The notes under the pieces are model-generated. The model saw only the letters and a list, made by a program, of their open reading frames with translations, did not search any database and was not told the DNA's origin. From contig OX597821.1 in assembly GCA_951406725.2 (NCBI GenBank), positions 34,906,001-34,970,000 of the forward strand: a stretch of 64,000 nt of DNA, read 5' to 3'. The translations under genes were made by a program, and so were the position numbers. The DNA comes from Octopus vulgaris. Lineage: Eukaryota. Positions 53,013 through 64,000 of this stretch are shown here, piece after piece. Each line of letters begins with the position of its first letter. The stretch's first letter is position 1.

Positions 53013-54150
53013 GTATTAGGTCACCCCAGTGTTTTGGGGTTCTGCTATCTCAATGTTAAAGAAACTAGTGAACATAGTAGATTATAGTATATTTCACAAT
53101 ATGCATTAGTTTTGATATGTGGTTGGCCCTTCTTTAGCATCAATTACCGCTTTTATACTGTACTGTACACATGCAACCAATTATGAGTTAGACCAACGTC
53201 TAAAATTAACTTATGTTTCCTTGATTATTTCCGAGTTTTATGCTAAAATACGTTGTAGATACAGTTAATAAACAGTAAAATGCCTAAAACAAGGGAGTTG
53301 AGTGAGTCTGTGCGAGGTCAAGTCGTAGCTCATCATGAAGATGGAATGTCTCAAAGGCAAATTGCTCAGCAGATGAAATGTTCTCGATGTGCAGTGTAAA
53401 CGATTTTCAAGCGCTTCAGAGAGACAAAAGATGTGAAGACAATACAAAGAACAGACAGAAAAATGGTTACATCACCTCATGATGATAAATCCATCATCCG
53501 TCAGTCGCTCAATAAACAGAAGAAATACATTGTCGGAGCTCTGTATGGACTTCAACAAGGCAAATACTTCATAAATATCAACCAGAACTGTTAGAAGAAG
53601 GCTTGTAGAGTACGGTCTGAAAGGCTGTAAAGCCAGGAAGAAGCCATGGGTTTCTAAAGCCAATATAGAAAAACGTTTTCTGTGGGCCAAAAACCACTCA
53701 AATTAGACCAGTGAGCAATGGTCAAAAGTCATATGGTCTGATGAAAGTAACTATGAGGTAAGATAGTACATGTATTCAATCAACATATAAACTTAATGTA
53801 ACTGGTTTGTTGCCCAACATATATAAAAAAGTATCCAACATAAAGTTGATATTATTTTTCATGTTTTTAGTTAGGTTTTCGGTACATTTGGTGCAATTTT
53901 CATGCGTTTTGGGTAAGCATTTAAGGCTGAATGTCTGGTACCAAACATAAAACATGGGAGTGGTTCTAATATGGTGTCAGCCTGCATGTCTGCCACAGGA
54001 CGCGGAGAAATGTTTTAATGTCAGGGAAGCGTAAATTCAGATACCTATTTCTTTACTACCCACAAGGGGCTAAATACAGAGAGGACAAATTAGGACAGAC
54101 AAACGGATTAAGTCGATTATATTCAGATACCTAGCTGTTTCTTGCAATAC
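53010..54150 (+). mobile_element. Tc1-family transposon remnant; transposase pseudogene from ATG at 53280 with a GT-AG intron at 53758-53874
   Basis: MPKTRELSESVRGQVVAHHEDGMSQRQIA...TVRRRLVEYGLKGCKARKKPWVS...WSKVIWSDESNYE / VFGT...CLVPNIKHGSGSNMVSACMSATG; several stops and a frameshift. Confidence 0.88.
54047..54120 (-). mobile_element. 5'-truncated SINE A (tail a) inserted into the Tc1
   Basis: TSD ATTCAGATACCT at 54035-54046 and 54121-54132. Confidence 0.88.
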
Positions 54151-54199
54151 ATACCAATACATACTTCGAAATCAAAATTATTTCCCCAATTTACAATTA

Positions 54200-54278
54200 T
54201 GCTACTTGGACCTTCTCCCAACCCAAAATCTTATAGGGACCTTCAGGGACCATATGAGCCCCATTTGAGAACCACTGG
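54200..54278. mobile_element. hAT/Charlie-like MITE end; similar ends near 59690-59725 and 60240-60281
   Basis: Terminal TTGAGAACCACTG, the reverse complement of CAGTGGTTCTCAA. Confidence 0.45.
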
Positions 54279-54689
54279 ACTAGCTGTTTCCTAAACATTT
54301 CTATAATAGAAAGACAGTATTGTTTTTTTGTTTGTTCACTACATGAATATAAAGTGCTTGTGGTGGTGATGGCAGTTGCCTCCTCTGACCTCGACTCTAT
54401 TGTTTACTCCAACAATAAGAAAAAAACTCAGAAAAAGAGATCAAAGATTCTGTGGCGCATATATTCTTCCAGGACAAAATGCCGATCCATCGCGAGATTA
54501 CATTTTTTTGGCTGTAGAGTGGAGCAATGTGGAATGAAATGTGTTGCTCAAAAACACAACGCATCATCCAGTTGTTCAAAAGGCATTGAGGACGTCCTAA
54601 TGAAATTAATTATCTTTACCCAATACACGAAGTCACCTTTCTATCGAAGATATATATCCAATTGAATCTTCCCCATATAATATTGGTTT

Positions 54690-55558
54690 CAAATTTTGGC
54701 ATAAGGCCAGCAATTTCAGTGGAGGAGGTTACTCGATTACTTCGACCCCAGTATTCAACTGGTACTTAGCTTATCGACCCCGAAAGGATGAAAAGCAAAG
54801 TCAACCTCGGCGGAATTTGAACTCAGGACGAAATGCTGCTAAGCAGTTTGCCCGGCGTGTTAACGATTCTTATTTCTTTTATATTCTTATTTCTTTATTG
54901 CCCACAAGGGGCTAAACACAGAGGGGACAAACAAGGACAGACAAACGGATTAAGTCGATTACATCGATCCCAGTGCGTAACTGGTACTTAATTTATCGAC
55001 CCCGGAAGGATGAAAGGCAAAGTCGACCACGGTGGAATTTGAACTCAGAACGTAACGGCAGACGAAATACCGCTTAGCATTTCGTCCGGCGTGCTAACGT
55101 TTCTGCCAGCTCACCGCCTTAATCTTCGCCATAATATTACCTATTTCTTTACTACCCACAAGGGGCTAAACACAGAGAGGACAAACAAGGACAGACAAAC
55201 AGATTAAGTCGATTATATCGACCCCAGTGTGTAACTCGTACTTATGTAATCGACCCCGAAAGGATGAAAGGTAAAGTCGACCTCGGCGGATTTTGAACTC
55301 AGAACGTAGCGGCAGACGAAATACCTATTTCTTTACTACCCACAAGGAGCTAAACACAGAGGGGACAAACAAGGACAGACACAGGGATTAAGTCGATTAT
55401 ATCGACCCCAGTGCGTAACTGGTACTTATGTAATCGACCCCGAAAGGATGAAAGGTAAAGTCGACCTCGGCGGAATTTGAACTCAGAACGTAACGGCAGA
55501 CGAAATACGGCTACGAATTTCGCCCGGCGTGCTAACGTTTCTGCCAGCTCGCCGCCTT
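54690..55558 (-). mobile_element. Cluster of four nested or tandem SINE family A copies
   Basis: Four cores; 20-bp duplication AATCTTCGCCATAATATTAC at 55121-55140 and 55559-55578. Confidence 0.9.
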
Positions 55559-55758
55559 AATCTTCGCCATAATATTACAATTACTTGCGAGGCGACGAGG
55601 GTGTCAATGCCTTGTCCATCGGTTTCTGCAAAAGCAGTCAATCTTCACCGTCGCAAAAAGATACGTTGAATACATATTGGAAACCATAGTCAAAGATACA
55701 AATTCTCATGAAAAAAATATGGATAGCCATGGATAGAACACCATTGATAACAGATCTC

Positions 55759-56166
55759 GGATCTTTTCGGTTTCAACGGCAGTTTTAACATAATTTCTAG
55801 GCAACTAAAAAATTTTAAACTTCGTATACTGGTAAAATGTGTTTATAAAACATCTTTTTCTCTTGACTTTATTGAGAAAATTCTATAGTTTGTAAGATAT
55901 TTGTTGTTTTTTTCTTCAATTTCTGCAATTTCAACAAATCAATGACGTCCATTGACGTAAACAACATTCTGTGCCGTATGAATATGTCCCTCGTTCAAGA
56001 AACAGATTGGGTTTATTTACATTTGTGAAGAGAAAAATATACCCTTCCCCCACCCCTAACCCTAAAATAGATTGAAATGCAATAGATCGATTCTAGGGTC
56101 TTAATTATGGGTGACAATTTCATATGACACAGCTAGAAAAAACTGCCGTTCAAACCGAAAAGATAC
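55759..56166 (-). mobile_element. Merlin-like MITE, copy 3
   Basis: Same TIRs; flanked by the 20-bp direct repeat CACCATTGATAACAGATCTC. Confidence 0.88.
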
Positions 56167-56641
56167 CACCATTGATAACAGATCTCTTGGATCTGTGACT
56201 AACAACAACAACAACAACAGCAGTAAAACCAATGGGCGAATATTTTTTATTTACCTTGGAAGATGAAAAGTAAAAGCAAGTTCCGATAGGAATTCAAAAC
56301 AGGGAGGAGATGAAATGGCCATAAAACATTTCGACTGGTTTCCCTTAGCAATGTTGCCATTTTATTGTTCATTCCAGAATGAAATAACAAACCATAGGCA
56401 AACACAGGAAATAAACACACACACACACTCACTCACGCAAACTGATTCAAATGCACTGACTCATATGCACAAAATCTCAAACACACGCTCACACACATTC
56501 TAACTCAGTCGTCTCATATGGTGCCCCAGCGCGCGTATTCGTCTGTGAACGCACGCGTTTTTTCTGCTGTTTCATTTCTATTACGTTTTTTTTTTATAGA
56601 CATCTCTCTCACTCCCTGTCTCTCTCTCTATTTCTTTCTTA

Positions 56642-56676
<35 letters not shown>

Positions 56677-56811
56677 TTTGATACTCTTGACTAAAATTGG
56701 AATAGGAAAAGGAAGAAGAAAAGGCAAAACAAATCAAAGCAACACACGCATGCATACATATGTACGTAGGCACATTTCCACACACAACACATACACATTT
56801 ACCGACACAAT

Positions 56812-56856
<45 letters not shown>

Positions 56857-57367
56857 CCACCACCACCATCTCCACCCTCCCACCACATCATACCTCGCCA
56901 CACACGTAATGTACAGACATAGACAATAACAAGTTAGTACTATAAATGTTACAGGCTGGTAATTTGAAGCAGGCGATCAGTCTATCGTCTAAAGGTCACT
57001 TGATTCTGAAGCGATGTCACACAAACACACAACACACACACCCACAACAAGACGAATCCATATATACGCATATCTGAACAAACAACCATACATACATACA
57101 TACGCACATACTCAGCTCTCATTCTCCTACACACAAACGCACACGCATATACACAACACACACAGACACATACACACACACATGCTCAGACATATGAGCG
57201 TATATGTATTACACACGCATGTATATTATATATATAATACATATACACATATGCGTGTATTTGTGCGCGTCTGTGTGTGCGCGCGGACATAGTTTCACAA
57301 AATATAATATACACATTGCAGGCGTTAGGAGACACACCCACAGTTGCACATGTACAAACATTGATGC

Positions 57368-57572
<205 letters not shown>

Positions 57573-57623
57573 TATATACATACATATATATATATACATA
57601 TATATATATATACATATATATAC

Positions 57624-57862
<239 letters not shown>

Positions 57863-57895
57863 ATATATATATAAATAATATATAGAATATTTTTA

Positions 57896-58024
<129 letters not shown>

Positions 58025-58227
58025 TATCCGAACCGAAAAGTGAAACTTGGAGCTGTGCAACGAAGTTCCTGCATCTATTCTATTATATATTAATATACGG
58101 TTTGCATTGGGTGCTATTTTGCAAGATGTATGAATTATTGTTTTATTTATTTGATTATTGATTATTTTAGTTTTTTTTGTTTTTTTTTTGCTATTGCTGT
58201 TGCTGGTGTAATTGTCATTAGTAATAT

Positions 58228-58520
58228 GTAAAGACACCCACCTTCGGTCATGAATGACCATAGAATTTCTACTAGAAAGTCCGGGCAAGGTTTTTTAAAA
58301 AAAAATTTTTATGGAAGACCAGTAGCCACTCATGTGTACTAGTCTTCCCTCTACACGCCACCGATGTTAACCAAGGGAAAGGCAAAGGTAGATACAGCTT
58401 GGCACCACTGATGTCCCAACTCGTTTCTACAGCTGATTGAACTGCAAGAATATGAAGTAAAGTCTCTTGCTTAAGAAAACTACACACATCTCGGTCTCTG
58501 AATGGAATTCACTACCTCAG
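58228..58520 (-). mobile_element. SINE, family D-related, diverged
   Basis: Reverse complement gives GTGTG...TTAAGCAAGAGACTTTACTTCA...CAGCTGTAGAAA and tail GGTCATTCATGACCGAAGG. Confidence 0.6.
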
Positions 58521-58624
58521 CTGCAGGTTAACCTTGATTAAGCTAACAACTGGTGAAAGACGTTCAGTTGAAAAAAAGTTTTATTGTTTTAATATATTTA
58601 TATGTTAATTAATTAATTTATTTA

Positions 58625-59117
58625 TTGATGAAAGCAGTTGCATAAAAAAGCACGATCATTCAAAGTGGAGGGAAGTTGTGGAAGATGGAGACCAATGAAA
58701 ACATATGACGATGAATTAAAGGCCGATCTGAGAACGCTGAGCCTTGCAAAGGAGATAACAAAGGACTGATGTATACGGGGTTTAAAGAAGATCCGCCCAC
58801 CACAACAGAACTGAGATCCTGAAAACCAAGGTGCCATGTAAAGAGCATTAGGGTGGGTGCTGATGCCAAGTAAGTAGCATTGGGGTTTGTGCCTCGTAAA
58901 ATGCACTGGTGATGGTGCCACGTAAAAAAAGCACCCAGTACACTCTGTAAAGGGGTTGGTGTTAGGAAGGTCATCCAGCTGTAGAAACCAAGCCAAAATA
59001 GACTATAAAACCGGGTACAGCTGCTGGCCTTGCTAGTTCCTGTCAAGCCGTCCAACCCATGCTAGCATGGAAATCGGGCATCAAATGTTGATGGCGATGA
59101 TGATGATGATGATGATA
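58625..59117 (+). mobile_element. RTE LINE 3' end with 3'UTR and (GAT)n tail
   Basis: CIKKARSFKVEGSCGRWRPMKTYDDELKADLRTLSL matches the RTE GRGRPRKTW motif; tail CCAACCCATGCTAGCATGGAA...(GAT)n. Confidence 0.75.
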
Positions 59118-59890
59118 ATATCAATCGGACAATGCGAATAGGTTAACTTCGACTTCAACAACTTACAGAGGATTTAAGGTGGGGAAGAGAGGAAGGACGC
59201 TCTCGGGGAAGCTCCGGGTGTCGACGAAAACAAACTATAGCATGTTTTGGAGAAGTTCAGGATTAGACGATACTACAGATAACTTCCATAGATCCTTGGT
59301 TTAATAATGCTAATGATAGGTGGCACTAGTTCGAGATTACCTCTACAGATATTGAAATGCCGTCAGTCCGGCCTGTCGGAGATAGTTACACGGCAACGAG
59401 GCCACTCTGCACGCATTCGATTATTGCCCGAGGATTTTAGAGAGAGAGTTACGTTGAACAGCTGCTGGCGCCTGTGGAGTGGACCTAGCTACCAGCTGCG
59501 TTGAAAATGGTATTAACTCCAGTCCCATCTTTTAATGAGGGAGAGAACGCGGTTTTCTTCTTTCTAGTGGGTATAATAAAAGAGACTAAAAGTTCTTAGG
59601 ATAGACGTTTTCCTCTTTGTTTGGGTTGCCACCGAGTTTTCCAAGTTTCACTTGCATTTATAGTACATAAACTTTAAAAATAAAATCACATATGGACTGC
59701 CAATGACCCGATTGAGAACCATTGACATAGAAGAATTTCTCAATTTTTCGTTTTGCTATTGTTGTTCTTTTTACTGTCCTCAAGTAAATTTATGAAAAGG
59801 CAGAAGGAAGTAGTATAAGTGGCAAGTGTGGATGGATCCACTCTAAGTATACACCAATAATTCAGAAAACATCAACGGAGAAAGCACTCA

Positions 59891-60040
59891 TTTATTACCT
59901 CCGCCTTCGCTTAGGCAGAGGTATTGTTTTCAGTCGTGTTTGTTTGTTTGTTTGTCCGTGGACAAAATATCTCAAAAACTGCTGGATGGATTCGGATGAA
60001 ACTTTCAGGGATGTTTGGCCTTGTGACTGGTACAAATAAC
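59891..60040 (+). mobile_element. Fragment of a non-autonomous DNA element (Helentron/DINE-like end)
   Basis: TTATTACCTCCGCC-hairpin-GAGGT, (GTTT)n, GGATGAAACTT; superfamily uncertain. Confidence 0.4.
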
Positions 60041-60714
60041 TTCGCAGAGGCAGCCGTGGTTGAAACAAGAACAAGCATTATCAAAAGAGAAAAGTAGCAT
60101 GATCAATCCAAGTGACCTTATCTTGTCGCCCATCACTTGTTATGGGGCTCATGAATTAGTTTGATAGTTGAGCTCTGATCGGCTATATGCAAATGAGTTC
60201 ATAACTGGGATCCGGAACTCTCGTGGGAAAACAATTTCGCAGACCGCCAAGGACCATATGGATCCCAGTTGAGAATCATTGTTACACATGAATCTCCCAT
60301 TGTTTCGTTTTGCTATTGTTGTTTTCGTTATTGTTATTGCTGCTGTTGATACTGATGCTCTTACGGTAGTTCTTGTTGAATGTGTTTAAGTACAACGGGG
60401 TCATTAACGTATAAAATGTACGCAATGACCTTTGCTTATACAAACAAACATTTCAGATAAAGAACCAATAGAAGATGTATGGAAGTCAGGGACGGAGAAC
60501 GATGATATAGCAGTCATATCTCAGCGCAGTAATTTCTTGTTTCCTGTAAGGAAGGAGACCATGCTTCCAATTTTGTCGTCACTGTCGGCGACGGCGTTCG
60601 TGATGGTTATGATGATGATGATGATGATAAGGTTGATGAAAATTATCACGATGATTACGACGATATTGAAGACGATAATGATGGCGATGATGATTGTAAT
60701 GAAAAAATATGAAA

Positions 60715-61395
60715 TAAGTGGAGATGTTTAAGTATCTCGAGGCCGTATTTACGAGTCATGGGAAGCAGGAGACTGAATCGGGCGCTAGAATTGCAAATGC
60801 TGGCATGGTAATGCGGTGCCTCTATCACTCGATCCTCAAAATAGAAGAGGTAGGTAAAAAAAAAAAACCTCAAATTCGCACTCTTCAGTTCGGTTTTCGT
60901 GCATAGCCTCGGTCATGAATATTGGTTAATGTCCAAAAGGGTCCGACTGTGAATACAAGTGGCCAAAATGGGAATCCTCCGAAGGGTCCCTGGTGCAGTG
61001 GAGGCGCGTGGCTTAGTGGTTAGCGTGTTGCACTCATGATCGTAAGATTGTTGCTTGGAGTCCTGGACCGGGCGATACGTTGAATTCTTGAACAAAACAT
61101 TTCATTTCACGTCGCCCTAGTCCACTCAGCTATTAAAAATAAGTAATCCTGTGAGGGAACTTATACGCCATAAAAACCGAGAAACCGGACCTTATGAGTC
61201 AGCTTGACTCGAGAAGCTAACTCGAAATGGTAATCTCTCTGGTGTAACGTTACTCAAGAGAATATCTCCAGGTCGAACTGCTACTTCTCCGCATTGAGAG
61301 ATCACAGCTCATGTACTATAGATGTGTGGTTAGAATGTCGCAGGAATTAATCGCAAGACAGATTCTTTGAGTTGAACCAAACGGTAGGAGAACGA
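60715..61395 (+). mobile_element. RTE LINE ORF fragment interrupted by SINE D
   Basis: VEMFKYLEAVFTSHGKQETESGARIANAG...GHEYWLMSKR..IQVAKMGILRRVPG, then LQVELLLLRIERSQL...VVRM. Confidence 0.78.
60998..61215 (+). mobile_element. SINE family D
   Basis: Head GTGGAGGCGCGTGGCTTAGTGGTTAG and the body shared with 18262-18490. Confidence 0.75.
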
Positions 61396-61684
61396 AATTA
61401 TAGCCATAGTCTAAGACACGTTTGGAAATCCAGCCGGAAAGTGTAATGATAGGGTCATATGAAAGAGGTGACTGGGGACTCTACCCTTGACACCACCCAG
61501 GAATAGTGAGAGAAGATGGATGGATAATAACTAGGGCGATGATAATTAGGATAATTATCTTGATGACGAGGTTGTTTTTTGCTATTTCCTTCCCAGGTCA
61601 GCTTTTCTATTATACCTATGATCCAGCCGTGACTGGCTTGCCTTAGGTATACATCTAGAAGTTCATTATAAAATTGTTTAATGT

Positions 61685-61736
<52 letters not shown>

Positions 61737-61954
61737 TGTGTGTGAGTAGTTGGATATAATTTGTAGGAAATCTGAGAGAGACCCGGCTGATATTTCAAAA
61801 GGTTCGAGCGGCCACTTAGAGGGTCGGTTTATGGTCTCTGCGTAAGGAAAAATAAAAGCAACAACGTAAAAAACCGAAAATATATATACACAATTACATA
61901 TAGGCATAAACGCCTACGCATATGCATATATATAGACATACGTATATCTATGTA

Positions 61955-62295
61955 TGTCAGCGTTCGTTATTTCACCCTCGTTCTGGTCTAACGACCCTCA
62001 TGTTTGTTTTCGTTCGGTTTCTTTGTATGTCTCCACTGTCCTGTTTTTGATTCCAACTTTGACCCTCCATAAATCCCAAATTTATTTTGGTATTTGTGGA
62101 AGCAACTGCCTTCGGAGACTCATATTGTCGTTCAATGCTCGAAATGAGGAGTAGATAGGTAGCTGACAACTGATGAAGGGTCGTTCTTTATGTTACTTGT
62201 CTTGTTTTCCATTTCTTTCTCTCGTTGTTTGCGTATTCAACTCATTTGTTTTCGCATTACATGTTGTTTACTTTTGGTGACCTCCTGTACCCATA
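61955..62295 (+). mobile_element. Penelope-like element (family H4) in TA-rich repeats
   Basis: Homologous to 52560-52712; contains GCTCGAAA and CTGATGA. Confidence 0.45.
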
Positions 62296-62343
62296 TATAC
62301 ATACATACATACATATATATATATAAAGATATATTATTTATAT

Positions 62344-62551
<208 letters not shown>

Positions 62552-62725
62552 GTATATATTATTTATATATAGAGATATATAGAGATATATATACATACAC
62601 ATACATACACGCACACACACACACATATATATATATATATACATAAACACGTACACAAACAAAAATGCGCATACACACACGCACACTTAGACATACACAC
62701 ATACACAATCATACATACAAAAACG

Positions 62726-62764
<39 letters not shown>

Positions 62765-63179
62765 GGGCATGCGCATACACACATAGAAGAAGTATGAACA
62801 CATACACGAACAAATATACACAACTCAGAGATCGTGTTACGATCCACCATTTCATTGCAATCATCAGATAAATGTTATGATGACATAATCATATGTTGAA
62901 ATAATGGTAGCATAAATTACCCCAGCAGGAATGTTTTCATCCCCGTTCCTCCATAACATTGATATATGTTTCTCCACCGACTACTTTTCATCGGTCTCAC
63001 CATCTTTCTTTTTCCTCCGCCTCCCCTGTGTGTTCACTCAATAATCCCCCTCTCTCTCTCTCTCCTCTCCTTCTCTCTCTTTCACTCTCTCTGTTACTCT
63101 TCCTCATCATTAGCACTAAAAGAGCAAGTCATTTTCATTCCCATGATCAGCATCATTATTTATGGCTCTCTGTCCCTTG

Positions 63180-63241
63180 ATCATCATCATCATCATCATC
63201 ATCGTCATCATCGTCATCATCATCATCATCATCATCATCCC

Positions 63242-63275
<34 letters not shown>

Positions 63276-63432
63276 GTCGTCATCATCGTCATCATCATCA
63301 TCATCATCATCGTCATCATCGTCCTCGTCATCATCGTCATCGTCGTTATCATCATCGCTATCATTATCGTAAACATTATCGTCATCATCATCGTCATCAT
63401 TAACTTAATCATCATCGTCTCCTTCATCGTCA
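63180..63432. repeat. (CAT/CGT)n microsatellite
   Basis: Read directly from the sequence. Confidence 0.95.
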
Positions 63433-63844
63433 TCTTCGTCGTGGCTGTATTTTTCTTCTTCCTTTCCTCCACATCATCGTTCTTCTTCGTGCCTCTCTCC
63501 TCTCCACCAAATCCTCCTCCTTACCATCATCATCATCATCATCGTCATCATCTTCCTACTTCCCACGTCATAGATATCAACCTGAACAATCGTCTTCATT
63601 AATATTATTATCACTGTTGAACAATTAAAAACTTCCTCAACTTTCTTTACTTCTTCCTTTCTCTCCTCCCCCTCTTCTCCTCTTTCTGCTAATTATTATT
63701 ATTATTATTGTTGTTGTTGTTGTTGTTATTGTTGCTGTTGTTTTTGCAGCAGTCGTAATTGCTGTTGTTGTTATTCTTATCTGTCACCTCCTCCGTTTCT
63801 GCTGTTTTGGCACACATCATAATCGTCAGCACTTATGTTATTAT

Positions 63845-63962
63845 TTTTATTTTTTCCTTCTTTCTTCAAATTTTCTCCCATTTCTCGACGAATATTTTCC
63901 ATACACCTAGGGCAGAGAAGCTCATTGCCTGCATTCTCAGATTGCACACGCAAATTCACAGG
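63845..63962 (-). mobile_element. Second copy of the retroelement end seen at 1660-1795
   Basis: Similarity to 1660-1795. Confidence 0.5.
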
Positions 63963-64000
63963 TAAAATATGTATTTAAAAAATTAATAAACAAATAAATT

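Noticed and set aside
59400-59500. GC-rich stretch with CAGCTG...CAGCTG as a possible HDV-like ribozyme or LINE 5'UTR
   Set aside because: I could not build the nested double pseudoknot by eye

Overview
Repeat-saturated, AT-rich animal DNA. The SINE/LINE repertoire looks like Octopus (inferred from recognised repeats, not from a search). I find no intact protein-coding gene or host exon, and nearly all ORF-track entries are microsatellite translations. Contents: about 40 copies of four tRNA-derived SINE families; 5'-truncated 3' ends of RLE-type (R4/Dong-like), RTE and CR1-group LINEs; decayed Tc1/mariner elements (a TIR-bounded maT/DD37D-like copy and an intron-containing Tc1); three Merlin-like MITEs with TTAGGG repeats; non-autonomous Helitron-like elements; Penelope-type elements carrying minimal hammerhead ribozyme motifs; and a histone H2A pseudogene. 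Best leads: (1) hammerhead-bearing, often fold-back elements sitting in (TA)n; (2) six co-oriented RLE-LINE ends, all landing in (ATAC)n and carrying that repeat in their own 3'UTR; (3) a SINE/LINE shared 3' tail whose terminal hairpin is kept by compensatory changes; (4) repeated antisense SINE-into-SINE insertion at the same nucleotide. All coordinates were read by eye, so boundaries without a TSD or TIR are approximate.
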